Shown here one piece after another: positions 28,146-38,417 of a DNA stretch of 64,000 nt. The DNA comes from a virus (taxonomy: Duplodnaviria > Caudoviricetes), in IMG/VR virus record IMGVR_UViG_3300032283_000554, positions 1-64,000 of that record; one strand, 5' to 3'. The position numbers and the translations under genes are program-made. The notes under the pieces are model-generated. The model was given only the letters and a program-made list of their open reading frames with translations, ran no database searches and was not told the origin of the DNA. Within the stretch, counting starts at the first letter, position 1. Every line of letters starts with the position of its first letter.

Positions 28146-29201
28146 TTAAGAAGCAACCTTAACGTCTTTTACGACTACCCATGCATCTGCCTGCTCAATT
28201 TGGGTACCAACACGAGTATACATTGTATATTCGATTGAGTCCTTCTTTGGCCAGAAGAAGCGGTAAACAGTTACATCACGCTTGATACCAATAACAACGT
28301 TATTTGGGAATGTCAAGTGGACGTCTCCGTGCTCTCCTGTTGGTGTTGCATATGATCCTACCTGAGTTTCCTTAAGTAGTGGAACTTCAACAATTGGAAT
28401 ACCAAATGCGAATGGTGCTACGTATCCTGCTGGACCACCAAGTCCGCCTTCATTTCCACGGATGATGCTTGAAGCGATATCCTGTGGGTTTGCAGAACCA
28501 TAGTTACCCAACTGTGAAGTTGAGTACAAGTAGTCTTGAATTAGGTTTGAGCCTGCAAGGAAGCGTAGGTCTGGACGACGTTGCTTGTACTTACGTGGCA
28601 TTGCCTTTAGAGCCTTGTTGAAGATGTCACGAGACACTGCTGCGCCCGCTCCAGCTACTACACGACCATTTGTCTTTGCAATCTTGACAATACCATCAAA
28701 TGCCTTGTAAAGGTTATCTGAAGATAGTGCTGTGTTACCGTTAAGGACTACGTCCTCTAGGTCGTTACCAGCCTGTGTTGCCATAAGTCTTGCAATGTGA
28801 TCTTCTAGGTCAGCGCCTTCAATATTGTCTTCTAGAGACTCAGTTGAAAGTTCCCAATCTAGGCGAAGCTTCTTTGTTGTGAGAGAAATCTTTGAGAACT
28901 GTACGGCTGAATTTGTGCCAGTGTTCTCTGCTTCAGATGCAAGCTTCATAAGCTTTTCTCCGACGCCGATACGATCAATCTCTGTAGTGTCAGCTCTCAT
29001 TCGAACTGTACGTGCTACTTTACCGATTACTGTTGCATCGAACATGTAATCGAGGAATCTTGCGGATTGCTCAGGATTGAGCAAGCCTCCCTTACCCTCG
29101 GAACCTACGTGAATTCCGTCGGTAGGGTTTGCTGCGCCAGTCATTCCACCTGTTAGTGTTGTGCCTGCTTCAGCTGCTTTTGCTAATAGTTCATTACTCA
29201 T
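28146..29201 (-). CDS. Major capsid protein (HK97 fold)
   Basis: GGLLNPEQSARFLD...KLRLDWELSTESLEDNIEG...GNDLEDVVLNG; position after protease; strong codon bias. Confidence 0.92.
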   Translation of the reverse strand: MSNELLAKAAEAGTTLTGGMTGAANPTDGIHVGSEGKGGLLNPEQSARFLDYMFDATVIGKVARTVRMRADTTEIDRIGVGEKLMKLASEAENTGTNSAVQFSKISLTTKKLRLDWELSTESLEDNIEGADLEDHIARLMATQAGNDLEDVVLNGNTALSSDNLYKAFDGIVKIAKTNGRVVAGAGAAVSRDIFNKALKAMPRKYKQRRPDLRFLAGSNLIQDYLYSTSQLGNYGSANPQDIASSIIRGNEGGLGGPAGYVAPFAFGIPIVEVPLLKETQVGSYATPTGEHGDVHLTFPNNVVIGIKRDVTVYRFFWPKKDSIEYTMYTRVGTQIEQADAWVVVKDVKVAS

Positions 29202-29218
29202 TAGTTTTCACCATACCC

Positions 29219-30532
29219 TTATTTTGTTAATTCGCTAACGGAACCGAGGAAAGTGCCGTTCCATTTTGATTTTTTGATTGTTACTCCTGTTGACCCGCCA
29301 AGGTCAGAGGACTTCTTGATTGCAGTGTCTGATTCTACTGCGTCTACTCTTTTTTCAACTGTGTCCATTATAGACTTAATTGAATCAACTGCTGTTGAGA
29401 GTTCTGTGTGCTTTTCTGCTAATTCTGAAATTCTCAAATCGACATTCTTGCTAAAAGCTTCGACTGTCTCCTTGATTGTTGAAACCTGAGCAGCGTTTGC
29501 CTCAGAGGCCTTTTCCAAAGTCTCTGAGAAGAAACCCTTAAGGTCGCCTAGCATTTTAACAAAGTCAGGTGATTCCTGAGATGTTAGTTCTGCTGATTTT
29601 TCCAGAACTTCGGCAGAAGTTACTTCAGCTACAATTTCAGCAGAATCTTGTTCTACTGGGGCAACTTCTTCAATAATTTCTGCAGGTGTTTCTACTACTG
29701 CTTCTTCTACTACTGGAGTTGCTTCTGTTACATTAAGCTTTTCCACTTCATTTCCTCCTTCTGCAATTGCCGTATTTATATTTTGTGTTTCAGGCAATGT
29801 TTGCAATCTTGATCTACGTGAATCAAGAATCTTTTCTATTTCTTTTCCTTTGTTTACGTCGTTTGACTCTACCCATCCAATGAGCTCTGTCTTTTTTCCA
29901 GTAACTGGAGACAAGTATTCTGATTCTGTTGACATAAATACAGAATCGCTGTCTGCACAATAAAAAATATTTTCCATTTTAACATCTGCTGCAATGCCTT
30001 TAAAAATCATTTGTCCGTTTACCTTTTCAATAGAAAAAATGTTACATAGTTCATTTGCTGGTGAATCAACGATTGATAGTTCAACTAGTGCATAGTCTTT
30101 AATAAATCTTACTGATGCTCCTGTTGATTTGTTTACTTCGTTATCTGATTCAAGAATCTTTCCGCCGATAGAAAAACCAGTTAGGGTTCCGTCTAGAACC
30201 TTCTCCCATGTATCCTGAGCGCCTTTTGAAATGTATGCATCAACGTAAACTCCGTTGTAAAATTCTTTTGTTATTGGGTCGTAAAAAGTCTCTGGTCTAA
30301 ATGAAGCAACCTTGCCAACTGCGAGTGGCTGATGCATTTCTCTTAGGTTTCCTCTAAAACCTTCAAACGCTTTCATACTTGCTTCTTGTGTAACGACGTC
30401 ACCAGTCTGATCCAGGTTGTCTAATGTTGCAAACCCTGAGACTGTTCTTTTTTCTCTATTGACCTTTGTAAATGGAATTGATAAATTAATAGCATTTCCA
30501 TTAGCGGACCAATGTGACTTTTCTATGATCAT
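29219..30532 (-). CDS. Prohead protease with acidic scaffold-like C-terminus
   Basis: RTVSGFAT...D..GD...LREMH...GFSIGG...ELSIVDSPAN, HK97-type protease motifs; Glu-rich coiled-coil tail. Confidence 0.9.
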   Translation of the reverse strand: MIIEKSHWSANGNAINLSIPFTKVNREKRTVSGFATLDNLDQTGDVVTQEASMKAFEGFRGNLREMHQPLAVGKVASFRPETFYDPITKEFYNGVYVDAYISKGAQDTWEKVLDGTLTGFSIGGKILESDNEVNKSTGASVRFIKDYALVELSIVDSPANELCNIFSIEKVNGQMIFKGIAADVKMENIFYCADSDSVFMSTESEYLSPVTGKKTELIGWVESNDVNKGKEIEKILDSRRSRLQTLPETQNINTAIAEGGNEVEKLNVTEATPVVEEAVVETPAEIIEEVAPVEQDSAEIVAEVTSAEVLEKSAELTSQESPDFVKMLGDLKGFFSETLEKASEANAAQVSTIKETVEAFSKNVDLRISELAEKHTELSTAVDSIKSIMDTVEKRVDAVESDTAIKKSSDLGGSTGVTIKKSKWNGTFLGSVSELTK

Positions 30533-30587
30533 ATGTATATATTATAGAGATTGTTGTATCAAAAGGCAAATAAGTAGTTGAGTAGAA

Positions 30588-32168
30588 CTAGTTGACTTGT
30601 CTTCCATCTCCCTTTGCATTTCTGCCCTCCCCAGATTTATCTGGAGAATTGGCAGATCTTTCTTGGTCACGAGTTCTGCTTTGGGTTGCTTGGGCTTTAA
30701 TTTCAGCTGCTTGGGCTGCAAGATCTACTGGGACATCTCCGCCTTCTCTTGGAACCATTCCCATTCTTACTCTAATTTCATTTGGAGTTATTACCTGGAA
30801 TCTAAGATATCTTTCATCAATCTTTGATTGGGTATCAGCATCTGTCAAACTTAATTCATTAAATTTAAGTTCTAGGGCATCCGTCATTTCTTGAATTATC
30901 TTATTCAATTTCTTTTCTAGGTTTTCTTGGGCTGGGCGACAAACCTGCTCTTTAAATGTCTTGTCTGCATCTCTAGCGGCAGCCAAATTAATACCAGCTG
31001 GGGTACCAATTTTATTAATTGGAACTCTGTGAGCCATTAATATTTCATCTCTATTTGAGCCTCTGTATTTTTCAAATGAGCCTTCCTGTGCTCCTGCCTC
31101 AATTGGCTCCATTTTAAATTCAGTTTTTGAGTCTGGAGAATCTGGAGGAAGTGGAATATATAGAGATCTGTGGTTCTTTCCTCTTAGTCCTACCTGGAAA
31201 AACTCAAGTAATTTTCTTTCTGATTCTGGTGAAAGCTTTGCGCCTTTTACTGTAATAATATATCTTGGTACCGCCTTATTTTCAAAGTAGTCTAGGTTAT
31301 ATTTACCAGCAAATTCATTACCAGCCATTGCATTTTGTGCAGCAATAATATCTGGAATTCCATAATAGTTATTCTTTGGAGTGTACTTCTTTATATGAAT
31401 AATTTCATTTGGTCTATCTTCTTGACCTGCTATTGGATTAACTGTTTTAGTGTCTCCAAAGTTTCTAAAGTATACTGCCTTGCCATAAAGAAGCTGTATG
31501 AATCCGTCTCTGAAGCGTCTTACACGCATTGTCTTTGATGGGATATGACCAATGTACCCTATCTTACCAGTCGTCGTTCTACCGACCTCCAGATAGCCAT
31601 TACCAGTGGCTTCGTAGTCAGTGTAGAACTTAATAAGTGTTTCTTTAAATGTTTCATCCTCATTGCAATCCTCAAGCCATTGGTGAAGGTCTTGCTTAAT
31701 TCTATTTAACTTTTTACGAGCTCTTTCTAGCTGTCTTTCATCTTCAATATCTTCAAGTGTGTCTGTAGTTTTCTTTGACTCAATAAAATCAAAACCTAGA
31801 CCAACAATGTTAGCAACCTTTGCATTTATTGCAGCGTAGTTGTATGGTGAAATTTCATAAATTGTTGAAAGATAGTCAAGGTTATATTCTGGTTGAATTA
31901 AATCAAATGTGGCATATCCGCTTACTGCTTGCTGATGTTGAAGTTGCTGGCTTACTGATCCGTCTTTTCCAACAAAAGCTTTTTGAATATCTCTAGAAAC
32001 CTTTCTTCTAAAGGATGCTCCTAGGCCAGAAAGCTTTAGCAATTCTTCTGCATCTATATCAAATAGGTCATCAGTTTTTTGCGTTGTTGGGTTATTAAAT
32101 TTCATCCAATCAGCGACATTAGATATTTCTACGCTATCTGCAACTGCATCTTCATCATGCTCAATCAT
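30588..32168 (-). CDS. Portal protein
   Basis: DYEATGNGYLE...NEIIHIK...YYGIPDI...YFENKAVP...ILMAHRVP...ITPNEIR..MGM.P. Confidence 0.92.
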   Translation of the reverse strand: MIEHDEDAVADSVEISNVADWMKFNNPTTQKTDDLFDIDAEELLKLSGLGASFRRKVSRDIQKAFVGKDGSVSQQLQHQQAVSGYATFDLIQPEYNLDYLSTIYEISPYNYAAINAKVANIVGLGFDFIESKKTTDTLEDIEDERQLERARKKLNRIKQDLHQWLEDCNEDETFKETLIKFYTDYEATGNGYLEVGRTTTGKIGYIGHIPSKTMRVRRFRDGFIQLLYGKAVYFRNFGDTKTVNPIAGQEDRPNEIIHIKKYTPKNNYYGIPDIIAAQNAMAGNEFAGKYNLDYFENKAVPRYIITVKGAKLSPESERKLLEFFQVGLRGKNHRSLYIPLPPDSPDSKTEFKMEPIEAGAQEGSFEKYRGSNRDEILMAHRVPINKIGTPAGINLAAARDADKTFKEQVCRPAQENLEKKLNKIIQEMTDALELKFNELSLTDADTQSKIDERYLRFQVITPNEIRVRMGMVPREGGDVPVDLAAQAAEIKAQATQSRTRDQERSANSPDKSGEGRNAKGDGRQVN

Positions 32169-32509
32169 TTTTTAGGACCCCTAAGTTTAGCCATTTCTTC
32201 CTTATGGACTCCTATGTCCAATGGATCTGGGGTAAGACCCCATCTTAATCTTTGCTTTTGATATTCAAATTCTTCGTCATCAATTTGTCGGCTGCCTTCA
32301 ATAAACTTTGGCTGGCCTTCTTCAATTCCATAATGGGCAACTGCCTTTGCTAGCAATGCAATTCTTTCTTTATTGCCAAACATAGATGTTATTGACAGGA
32401 AGCTGTTGTCTTCGTCACCGATCCATCTTCCGTCAGGCATCTCCCAGACATAGACTCCTAGCCTAGTCTCGCCAGATTTCATTTGAGCATTAATTCTTTT
32501 TATGTCCAT
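32165..32509 (-). CDS. Hypothetical protein
   Basis: 114 aa; ATGA overlap with portal; TGGTAAAAT lies 8 nt upstream. Confidence 0.7.
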   Translation of the reverse strand: MDIKRINAQMKSGETRLGVYVWEMPDGRWIGDEDNSFLSITSMFGNKERIALLAKAVAHYGIEEGQPKFIEGSRQIDDEEFEYQKQRLRWGLTPDPLDIGVHKEEMAKLRGPKK

Positions 32510-32572
32510 AGTTAATTATTTTACCATTCTTATATACATAAGTCCAGCTTTTTGTCACTCAACCTGACAAAA

Positions 32573-34336
32573 TTATATAATCTGGAACACAGCCCTGTCT
32601 CTGGAGTATGTTGAGACTGACTCTTCTGTCATGCTCATTGACGAATCGCTCCCAACGAATAAAGTTTTGCCTGTGTAAAGGTCATAGTGCTCTTGGTGGC
32701 TAATTAATGGGTCTGAGTATAGGGCAATGTTTTGATAAAGGTTATCATCAAGCACACCAGATCTCACTCCTAATAGTTGCTTTCCGTTAAACCAAATTTG
32801 TCCATTTATTACAGAAGCTGTTTTTATAAGTATATAATTGGGCTCATCTATATATAAGTATGAGGATATGTTTGTTGCTGAAGATGCATCTTGCCCATTT
32901 ATATAGATATTACTAATGTTGGATTTTGATATCACCCCGCCTGCCGCCCAGGAGAGTGAGGTCTCTGTAGATCCAGGTTTGTTGAATATCAAATGTCCGC
33001 TAGACAATGATTTTGGAGTAAATATCATTTCAATATTTCTAACATCATTTGATGAGTTTATAAAAAATGCTGAAGACTTTGGTCTTATTCCATTATCATA
33101 ATTTCTAGTTCTAACTGGATATTTATTATTTGATATGTCAAAATCCCAGATAGTTCCAGTAGTGGGCTGTGATGTAGACAAGATGCCGCTACCGTTGTGA
33201 GAAAACATTTTCTTTTCAGAATGGAAATAAATTTTTAAATAATATAGCTCTGGAATATATCTATCTGAATTAGTTGATGAAAAAACTACTTTAAAGTACA
33301 GTATTTTTTGTGAAGAAAAACTAGATCCTTGTGTAAATCCTGGTATAGATGATCCATTTACACATATAGTCCATGGGCCAGTCTCGGATGTTTCTGATAC
33401 ATATACCGAAACCCCTTTTGATGCCATCCATTCTATTTTTGAGGATACATATTGATTTGTAATATTTAATACTAAATCTTCTACAAATTCTCCAGTAGTA
33501 AATCCTGAATTTAAATATAAACTATTGTTAATTGAGTTATAAGCCAATGCCTCATTGTCGTATATAAGATCTTTCCATAATATTTGAACTGGATAAACAT
33601 ATCTTGTTTTTATATCTTGATATCTTTCTGCGCCCCTAAATAGCTCTCCCAGATCTGGTCCTGGGATTTGCTCATCATTAATTAAAAATAAATTATTGTA
33701 GTGAGATAATATTGAATTTGCAGAAAGAGCATATCTATAAACCGCTGGGCAATCAATTAAAAAATATTGATCTCCTGTGGCTGGGCCACATGACAGGGTT
33801 ATGCTTGTGTTTGTAAAAGATATTGATATCGTCTTATTCGCAACTAGCAATCCGTCTACATACAAACTCATTGAGTCTACTGAATATACACCAACAACAT
33901 GAATTACTCTATTTGAATTAGGAACAGAGTAATCAACTCTTTCATTTTCTAATTTAAATACTACATTGCCATTATCCCAATACAAACCAATGCCGTCAGA
34001 ATCTGCAAATATTGGAGTTACTGATGTTAATGTTTTTGGATGAAACCATGCCTCAAGGGTAAAATCGTTATCAGAGGTTGAAACGGTTGCAAATCCTCCA
34101 GTACCAGTGGTGCCAGAAAAATCTTTTGAAATAGCAAACTGTATTGATTTAGAGCTATCTATTTTATTTGTGTGTTTGCCACCACCAACTATTGGCATTC
34201 CAGATATTCCAATTCCACCTACATACGATCCGTTATTTCCACATCCAGAACTATCGTAGGCGGTGGTGCCAGAAGTTTCATCTAGCTTCCATAGTCCAGT
34301 AGGAGAGTCTTTTATTGTAGAAAGATAGTATGACAT
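32573..34336 (-). CDS. LamG/concanavalin-A-like domain virion protein
   Basis: SP.GLWKLDETSGTTAYDSSG...FTLEAWF...HVVGVY....SLYVDG...ID.PAVYRYALS. Confidence 0.8.
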   Translation of the reverse strand: MSYYLSTIKDSPTGLWKLDETSGTTAYDSSGCGNNGSYVGGIGISGMPIVGGGKHTNKIDSSKSIQFAISKDFSGTTGTGGFATVSTSDNDFTLEAWFHPKTLTSVTPIFADSDGIGLYWDNGNVVFKLENERVDYSVPNSNRVIHVVGVYSVDSMSLYVDGLLVANKTISISFTNTSITLSCGPATGDQYFLIDCPAVYRYALSANSILSHYNNLFLINDEQIPGPDLGELFRGAERYQDIKTRYVYPVQILWKDLIYDNEALAYNSINNSLYLNSGFTTGEFVEDLVLNITNQYVSSKIEWMASKGVSVYVSETSETGPWTICVNGSSIPGFTQGSSFSSQKILYFKVVFSSTNSDRYIPELYYLKIYFHSEKKMFSHNGSGILSTSQPTTGTIWDFDISNNKYPVRTRNYDNGIRPKSSAFFINSSNDVRNIEMIFTPKSLSSGHLIFNKPGSTETSLSWAAGGVISKSNISNIYINGQDASSATNISSYLYIDEPNYILIKTASVINGQIWFNGKQLLGVRSGVLDDNLYQNIALYSDPLISHQEHYDLYTGKTLFVGSDSSMSMTEESVSTYSRDRAVFQII

Positions 34337-34503
34337 TATTTCCTAAAGAATATCTTTTTTAATTTTTTAAATACGCTAAAGACATCCTTCTTATTTTTTT
34401 CATAAGCCTTATCTGTTCTCTCAATAAAGGCATGACTTTTAAAGTATGGGTTAAATTGAACATCTGTAAAATGTCTTCTAGGGATTCTTTTATAAGGAGT
34501 CAT
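34336..34503 (-). CDS. Small basic protein (55 aa; not in ORF track)
   Basis: MTPYKRIPRRHFTDVQFNPYFK...KKIFFRK*; TATAAT 7 nt upstream; TAATG overlap with next gene. Confidence 0.6.
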   Translation of the reverse strand: MTPYKRIPRRHFTDVQFNPYFKSHAFIERTDKAYEKNKKDVFSVFKKLKKIFFRK

Positions 34504-34534
34504 ATTTAATATTATACTACAATAAGTCCTAAAA

Positions 34535-34999
34535 TCAACAGTCTAGCTTTTTGTCAATTCCCAAATTTGATAAGAATCTCTCTGGGTTAAATCTCCAGTT
34601 ATCTTTGGCAAATGAGGTCATTATCTCCATACAGGTATTCTCATATGCTTGAATTGAAATTAAAGGCTTTAGGCCTAATAAGGTTTCTGTAACATCTATA
34701 TAGTTTGTTCTTAAGAATGTTGGGTCTCCTGCCTGATTTCTCTTAAACACCTTTTCATTTATTTTGCCTGTAGGCTCATATAGCCTAACTGTAAGATATT
34801 GTTTTGCAAATCCCCAGTCGTTGTACATATTGTATGCTTCTGCTGCCTCTATAGCATTTGGGAAGAATATAATTGATCTTGCTGGCTCTTCCCCATCTCT
34901 TGCAATTGTAAGCATATAGGCATCGGACTTTTTATTTGCTACAGTCTCAATGTACTCTTTAACAACATCGTGATGCTCTTGCTTTAGCTGTCCGCTCAT
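34535..34999 (-). CDS. Hypothetical protein
   Basis: 154 aa; C-terminal FAKDNWRFNPERF resembles FAKDNERFDVKRF in ORF 60966..61157. Confidence 0.7.
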   Translation of the reverse strand: MSGQLKQEHHDVVKEYIETVANKKSDAYMLTIARDGEEPARSIIFFPNAIEAAEAYNMYNDWGFAKQYLTVRLYEPTGKINEKVFKRNQAGDPTFLRTNYIDVTETLLGLKPLISIQAYENTCMEIMTSFAKDNWRFNPERFLSNLGIDKKLDC

Positions 35000-35599
35000 T
35001 TATGTCCACGCCATCTTAAATTTTTCTCTAAAATCCAAATACGGTATAGCGTATGGATCTACCCACCAATCTTCATGCCACTCTCTAACAACTAGCTTAT
35101 AACCAAATGAAGAAAGAATTTCTCTTTGCGCCTCACGCATTCCCTTATTGTTATATTCAATTTGAGAGTCATGTTCAAAAGTAATTACAGAAAACCTATA
35201 CTTGCTTAAAGGAATAGCAAGTAGTCCGTGTAAAGTTAAGTAGGGATTTCCCACAGAGTTTCCTTCTGGGGTATACCCAGCATCTATGTCAACCTGCAAG
35301 TAGTCTATTTGTTTTGGAAAGTTATTGTCTTCAAAATAGGAAAGATAATTAAAATGTGTTGCGTCTCCCAAAATGCATGGATTTTTTCTATTTGAAACAA
35401 ACTCTGCGTGTCTTTCTGGGTCTATTTCAAATGAAACACCGTTCCATTTATAATCTGTTTCTAGATGATAGGTGTTGCTTCCTTTTTTAGAATCAAATGC
35501 ACCTAGCTCTACGTAGTAACCATTTTCTTTATTTTTAAGTAAATCCAGCACAAATCTTTCTTGTCCACTATTTCCCTTATACTCCATGATATTCTCCAA
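35000..35599 (-). CDS. FkbM-like SAM-dependent methyltransferase
   Basis: GQERFV...GYYVELGA.D...SNTYHLE...WNGVSFE...IDYLQVDID...FSVITFEHD. Confidence 0.75.
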   Translation of the reverse strand: MENIMEYKGNSGQERFVLDLLKNKENGYYVELGAFDSKKGSNTYHLETDYKWNGVSFEIDPERHAEFVSNRKNPCILGDATHFNYLSYFEDNNFPKQIDYLQVDIDAGYTPEGNSVGNPYLTLHGLLAIPLSKYRFSVITFEHDSQIEYNNKGMREAQREILSSFGYKLVVREWHEDWWVDPYAIPYLDFREKFKMAWT

Positions 35600-36170
35600 A
35601 TAAGTCTTCGTTTAATGATATACCTTTATCATCAACGTGATGTTTTGCAAATACTGTTGATATATATCTAACTACATCATTTTTTACTGGCTTTGTACCA
35701 TGTAAAATTTTCCCGCCATGAATAACCAGTGATCTACTTTTTGGTTTGTGCACTATATTTAAATCAGGATACTCTAATTCACCGCCGCTGTAGTCATCAT
35801 TATAATAAAGAACAGCACCATAAAATACCTTTTGACTAGAAGCCCTATGGCCCTCATGATCATCAGTGTGAAGTCCAAGGAAGTCATCCATTCGATATCT
35901 TTGTAAATTTATTCCAGTAACATCAACATTGCCAGAAAACAGTGCAGATATTCTATTATAAAAATCTAAAAAAATACTACATGAATTTACAGATTTTCTA
36001 TTTAAAACTTTAGAATCCCAAAACTCATATGTTAGATCTTCTTCATGCCACTCAGAATCATTTCTAAGATTTATAAATTGCATTACCTGATCAAGCTCTT
36101 CTTCTGTTATAAAGTTTTGTATTTCATAAACTTGATCAGATAACTTTGCAATTTTATAGTCTAACATCAA
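35577..36170 (-). CDS. 2OG-Fe(II) oxygenase (prolyl 4-hydroxylase-like)
   Basis: HTD...YYNDDYSGGEL...HGTKPV...RY. Confidence 0.85.
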   Translation of the reverse strand: MMLDYKIAKLSDQVYEIQNFITEEELDQVMQFINLRNDSEWHEEDLTYEFWDSKVLNRKSVNSCSIFLDFYNRISALFSGNVDVTGINLQRYRMDDFLGLHTDDHEGHRASSQKVFYGAVLYYNDDYSGGELEYPDLNIVHKPKSRSLVIHGGKILHGTKPVKNDVVRYISTVFAKHHVDDKGISLNEDLFGEYHGV

Positions 36171-36175
36171 CTACA

Positions 36176-36934
36176 TTATTCTTGGTTTTGTTCGTGGTAC
36201 TGCTTAATGTATTCTTCTGATGGTCCACCTGGGCCTCCAACAACATACCCATCAACAAAGATAAATCCAGGAGTGATAAACTTGTCTCCTGATTTCATTA
36301 TGTGTACCTGATGCTTATAAGGATCTGTTGACGGGAATATTAATGCGCTTCCAGCCTTTGGCTTTGCAGTAAATGTAACCATATCTTTAGTTCTTGGATC
36401 TAGCGCATCATCTGGTGGTCTAAGGTGACCATTCATTTCTAATCTTAGGTCTTCTGGTCGGATAACGAATGATATCTCTCCACCTTCGTAGTCATCGTTC
36501 CAGTAAATAATAATTGACCATTCTAAGCTGTTGTCTCCAGCTTGTCTGTCAAAGTGGGCGCCCATAGCACAACCTTCAATATATTTCTGAATGCCAACAA
36601 ATGGTGATACGTTTGGAACACCCTTAAGACCTCTATCAACAATAAAAGATTCTGATATATTCTTAATAGCATTTCTAATTGTTGATATGATAAAGTCTAC
36701 ATCTTTTCTTATATCTTCATCTAAATTTTCTACCTCAGAAAGATTAAAATCCTTTTTCTTTCCAAAGATGTTACCGTCTCTGCTGCTTGAATTCCAGTTT
36801 TTCCATCTTGGAATAACCTTGTGAACTCTTTCATCAGAATCTAGCTTATTTATCAAATCAATAATTGCCTGGGGGTTCTCAATTACATCTGAATACATGT
36901 AAACATTTTCATGTAATTTTTCTTCTAGCTTCAT
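36176..36934 (-). CDS. 2OG-Fe(II) oxygenase (prolyl 4-hydroxylase-like)
   Basis: HFD...[11 protein letters not shown]...KPKAGSALIFPS...HQV...KF. Confidence 0.85.
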   Translation of the reverse strand: MKLEEKLHENVYMYSDVIENPQAIIDLINKLDSDERVHKVIPRWKNWNSSSRDGNIFGKKKDFNLSEVENLDEDIRKDVDFIISTIRNAIKNISESFIVDRGLKGVPNVSPFVGIQKYIEGCAMGAHFDRQAGDNSLEWSIIIYWNDDYEGGEISFVIRPEDLRLEMNGHLRPPDDALDPRTKDMVTFTAKPKAGSALIFPSTDPYKHQVHIMKSGDKFITPGFIFVDGYVVGGPGGPSEEYIKQYHEQNQE

Positions 36935-37677
36935 TTGTCGTTCTCCTCTATTTTATATTTATTTCCATCTAGATCTATTCGGTATCCTTCTTTTAATGCA
37001 TCTTGCCATTCTGACTTTATAACTTCCTGCTCTTCTCTAATTTTTTTCATTTCTGCATCCCAAGCGTCTATTGTTTCTTGTGGATATGATTCTGGTGACC
37101 GATCATCCCAAAATGAACCTAGAGTGTATCTTATTCCAGAAGTTATCATTGTAACCTCATGAGTATTATCAAAGCCACCTGCAAAAGATGTAAGTGTGCC
37201 AGTCTCTGGAACTAGTGTATGGTTTTGTTTATTAAATATTAGATTGCCACCTTCAAAATCATCATTTAGATACAAGAAAGCTGCGTATCTACTTCTTTCA
37301 AACGGGCCTGTGTTTCCCTGTAAGTCTGTATTATCTGAGTGTTCTTTTGCGTAAGCTCCAGGCTCCCATTTTTGAGCATGAAATCCAATCTTGTGAATAT
37401 CTGAAGAAGGCTTGTTGTGTACCTCAGCAACTGCATCAATAATCTTATTTTGAAGTGTAGAGAAAAAATCTGAAGCTAAACCAAATTGTTCTAGCTCCTC
37501 GTCACCGTCTTGTGGCAAGACAGAAGAGTATGATTCGTAAAAAGTGATTGGAGTCCATGACAATTTTTCATTTGCAACTTGAGCCTCTAAAACTTTTATT
37601 ATTGCAGAAGATTCTTCTTTTGTTAAAAAGTTTTTAAATACTAAAATATCTGCTGTTAATCTTTCTGAAGTACTCAT
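36931..37677 (-). CDS. 2OG-Fe(II) oxygenase (prolyl 4-hydroxylase-like)
   Basis: HSD...YLNDDFEGGNL...HEV...RY. Confidence 0.85.
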   Translation of the reverse strand: MSTSERLTADILVFKNFLTKEESSAIIKVLEAQVANEKLSWTPITFYESYSSVLPQDGDEELEQFGLASDFFSTLQNKIIDAVAEVHNKPSSDIHKIGFHAQKWEPGAYAKEHSDNTDLQGNTGPFERSRYAAFLYLNDDFEGGNLIFNKQNHTLVPETGTLTSFAGGFDNTHEVTMITSGIRYTLGSFWDDRSPESYPQETIDAWDAEMKKIREEQEVIKSEWQDALKEGYRIDLDGNKYKIEENDK

Positions 37678-38405
37678 TTATTTATATCTCCATCTAGTAG
37701 TGTTCTATAATATTTTTTATTTGGGTCTGGTTGATTTTCTCCAGTATGCTCTAGTATTTCCCAGAAAAATGGACAGGTGTATCTAATTGCACCTTTAATT
37801 TCAGTTACTCCGTGAATATAATTCATATCGCCTGGGAAAAAATAGGCTGCTCCCTTTTTAGGTTTAAATTGAACACCTTGTAAAGGAAAATACAATTCTC
37901 CACCTTCGTAGTCATCGTTTAAATAAAATAAACTTGAAAGGTCGTAGTATGGGAAATCATTTGGTAATCCAATATCTGGAAGCTCATGAAGCTCTTTATC
38001 TGCATGTGGTTTTTGGAACTGTCCAGGAAGCCAGCGAACAATTGTTGTTCCTGTTGGGGTCACTTTAACTTTATAGAAATCTTCAACAATTGGCTTTAGT
38101 CTTTCAAACAGACCTTGAAGAATGGGTCTAATTTCTGGATCATTTTTATCTAGAGATGGGCTTGTGCAAACTCTGTCTTTCCAGTAATTAGCATCATATA
38201 CGGTTGTACCATTTTCATTAACATGGCTTTCTGTTACATCCCAAATAGTTATTTTTCTAGCAGCTGCCTCAAGAAAATCCATCTCTTCTTGAGTCATAAA
38301 GTTTTCCAGTTCAACTATCATGTCCTTGCCATACCCAAAGAATCCAGAGGGCGTGAGAGATGGTGTCTTGTATACTACTGAAGCATCCTGATTTGTTGAG
38401 TTCAT
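37674..38405 (-). CDS. 2OG-Fe(II) oxygenase (prolyl 4-hydroxylase-like)
   Basis: HAD...[11 protein letters not shown]...HGV...RY; leaderless TGATATAAT 6 nt upstream. Confidence 0.85.
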   Translation of the reverse strand: MNSTNQDASVVYKTPSLTPSGFFGYGKDMIVELENFMTQEEMDFLEAAARKITIWDVTESHVNENGTTVYDANYWKDRVCTSPSLDKNDPEIRPILQGLFERLKPIVEDFYKVKVTPTGTTIVRWLPGQFQKPHADKELHELPDIGLPNDFPYYDLSSLFYLNDDYEGGELYFPLQGVQFKPKKGAAYFFPGDMNYIHGVTEIKGAIRYTCPFFWEILEHTGENQPDPNKKYYRTLLDGDINK

Positions 38406-38417
38406 TTTTCTATTATA

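Noticed and set aside
30588-34336. Terminase upstream of portal
   Set aside because: No Walker A or RNase H-like terminase motifs in adjacent ORFs; the gene is presumably outside the window
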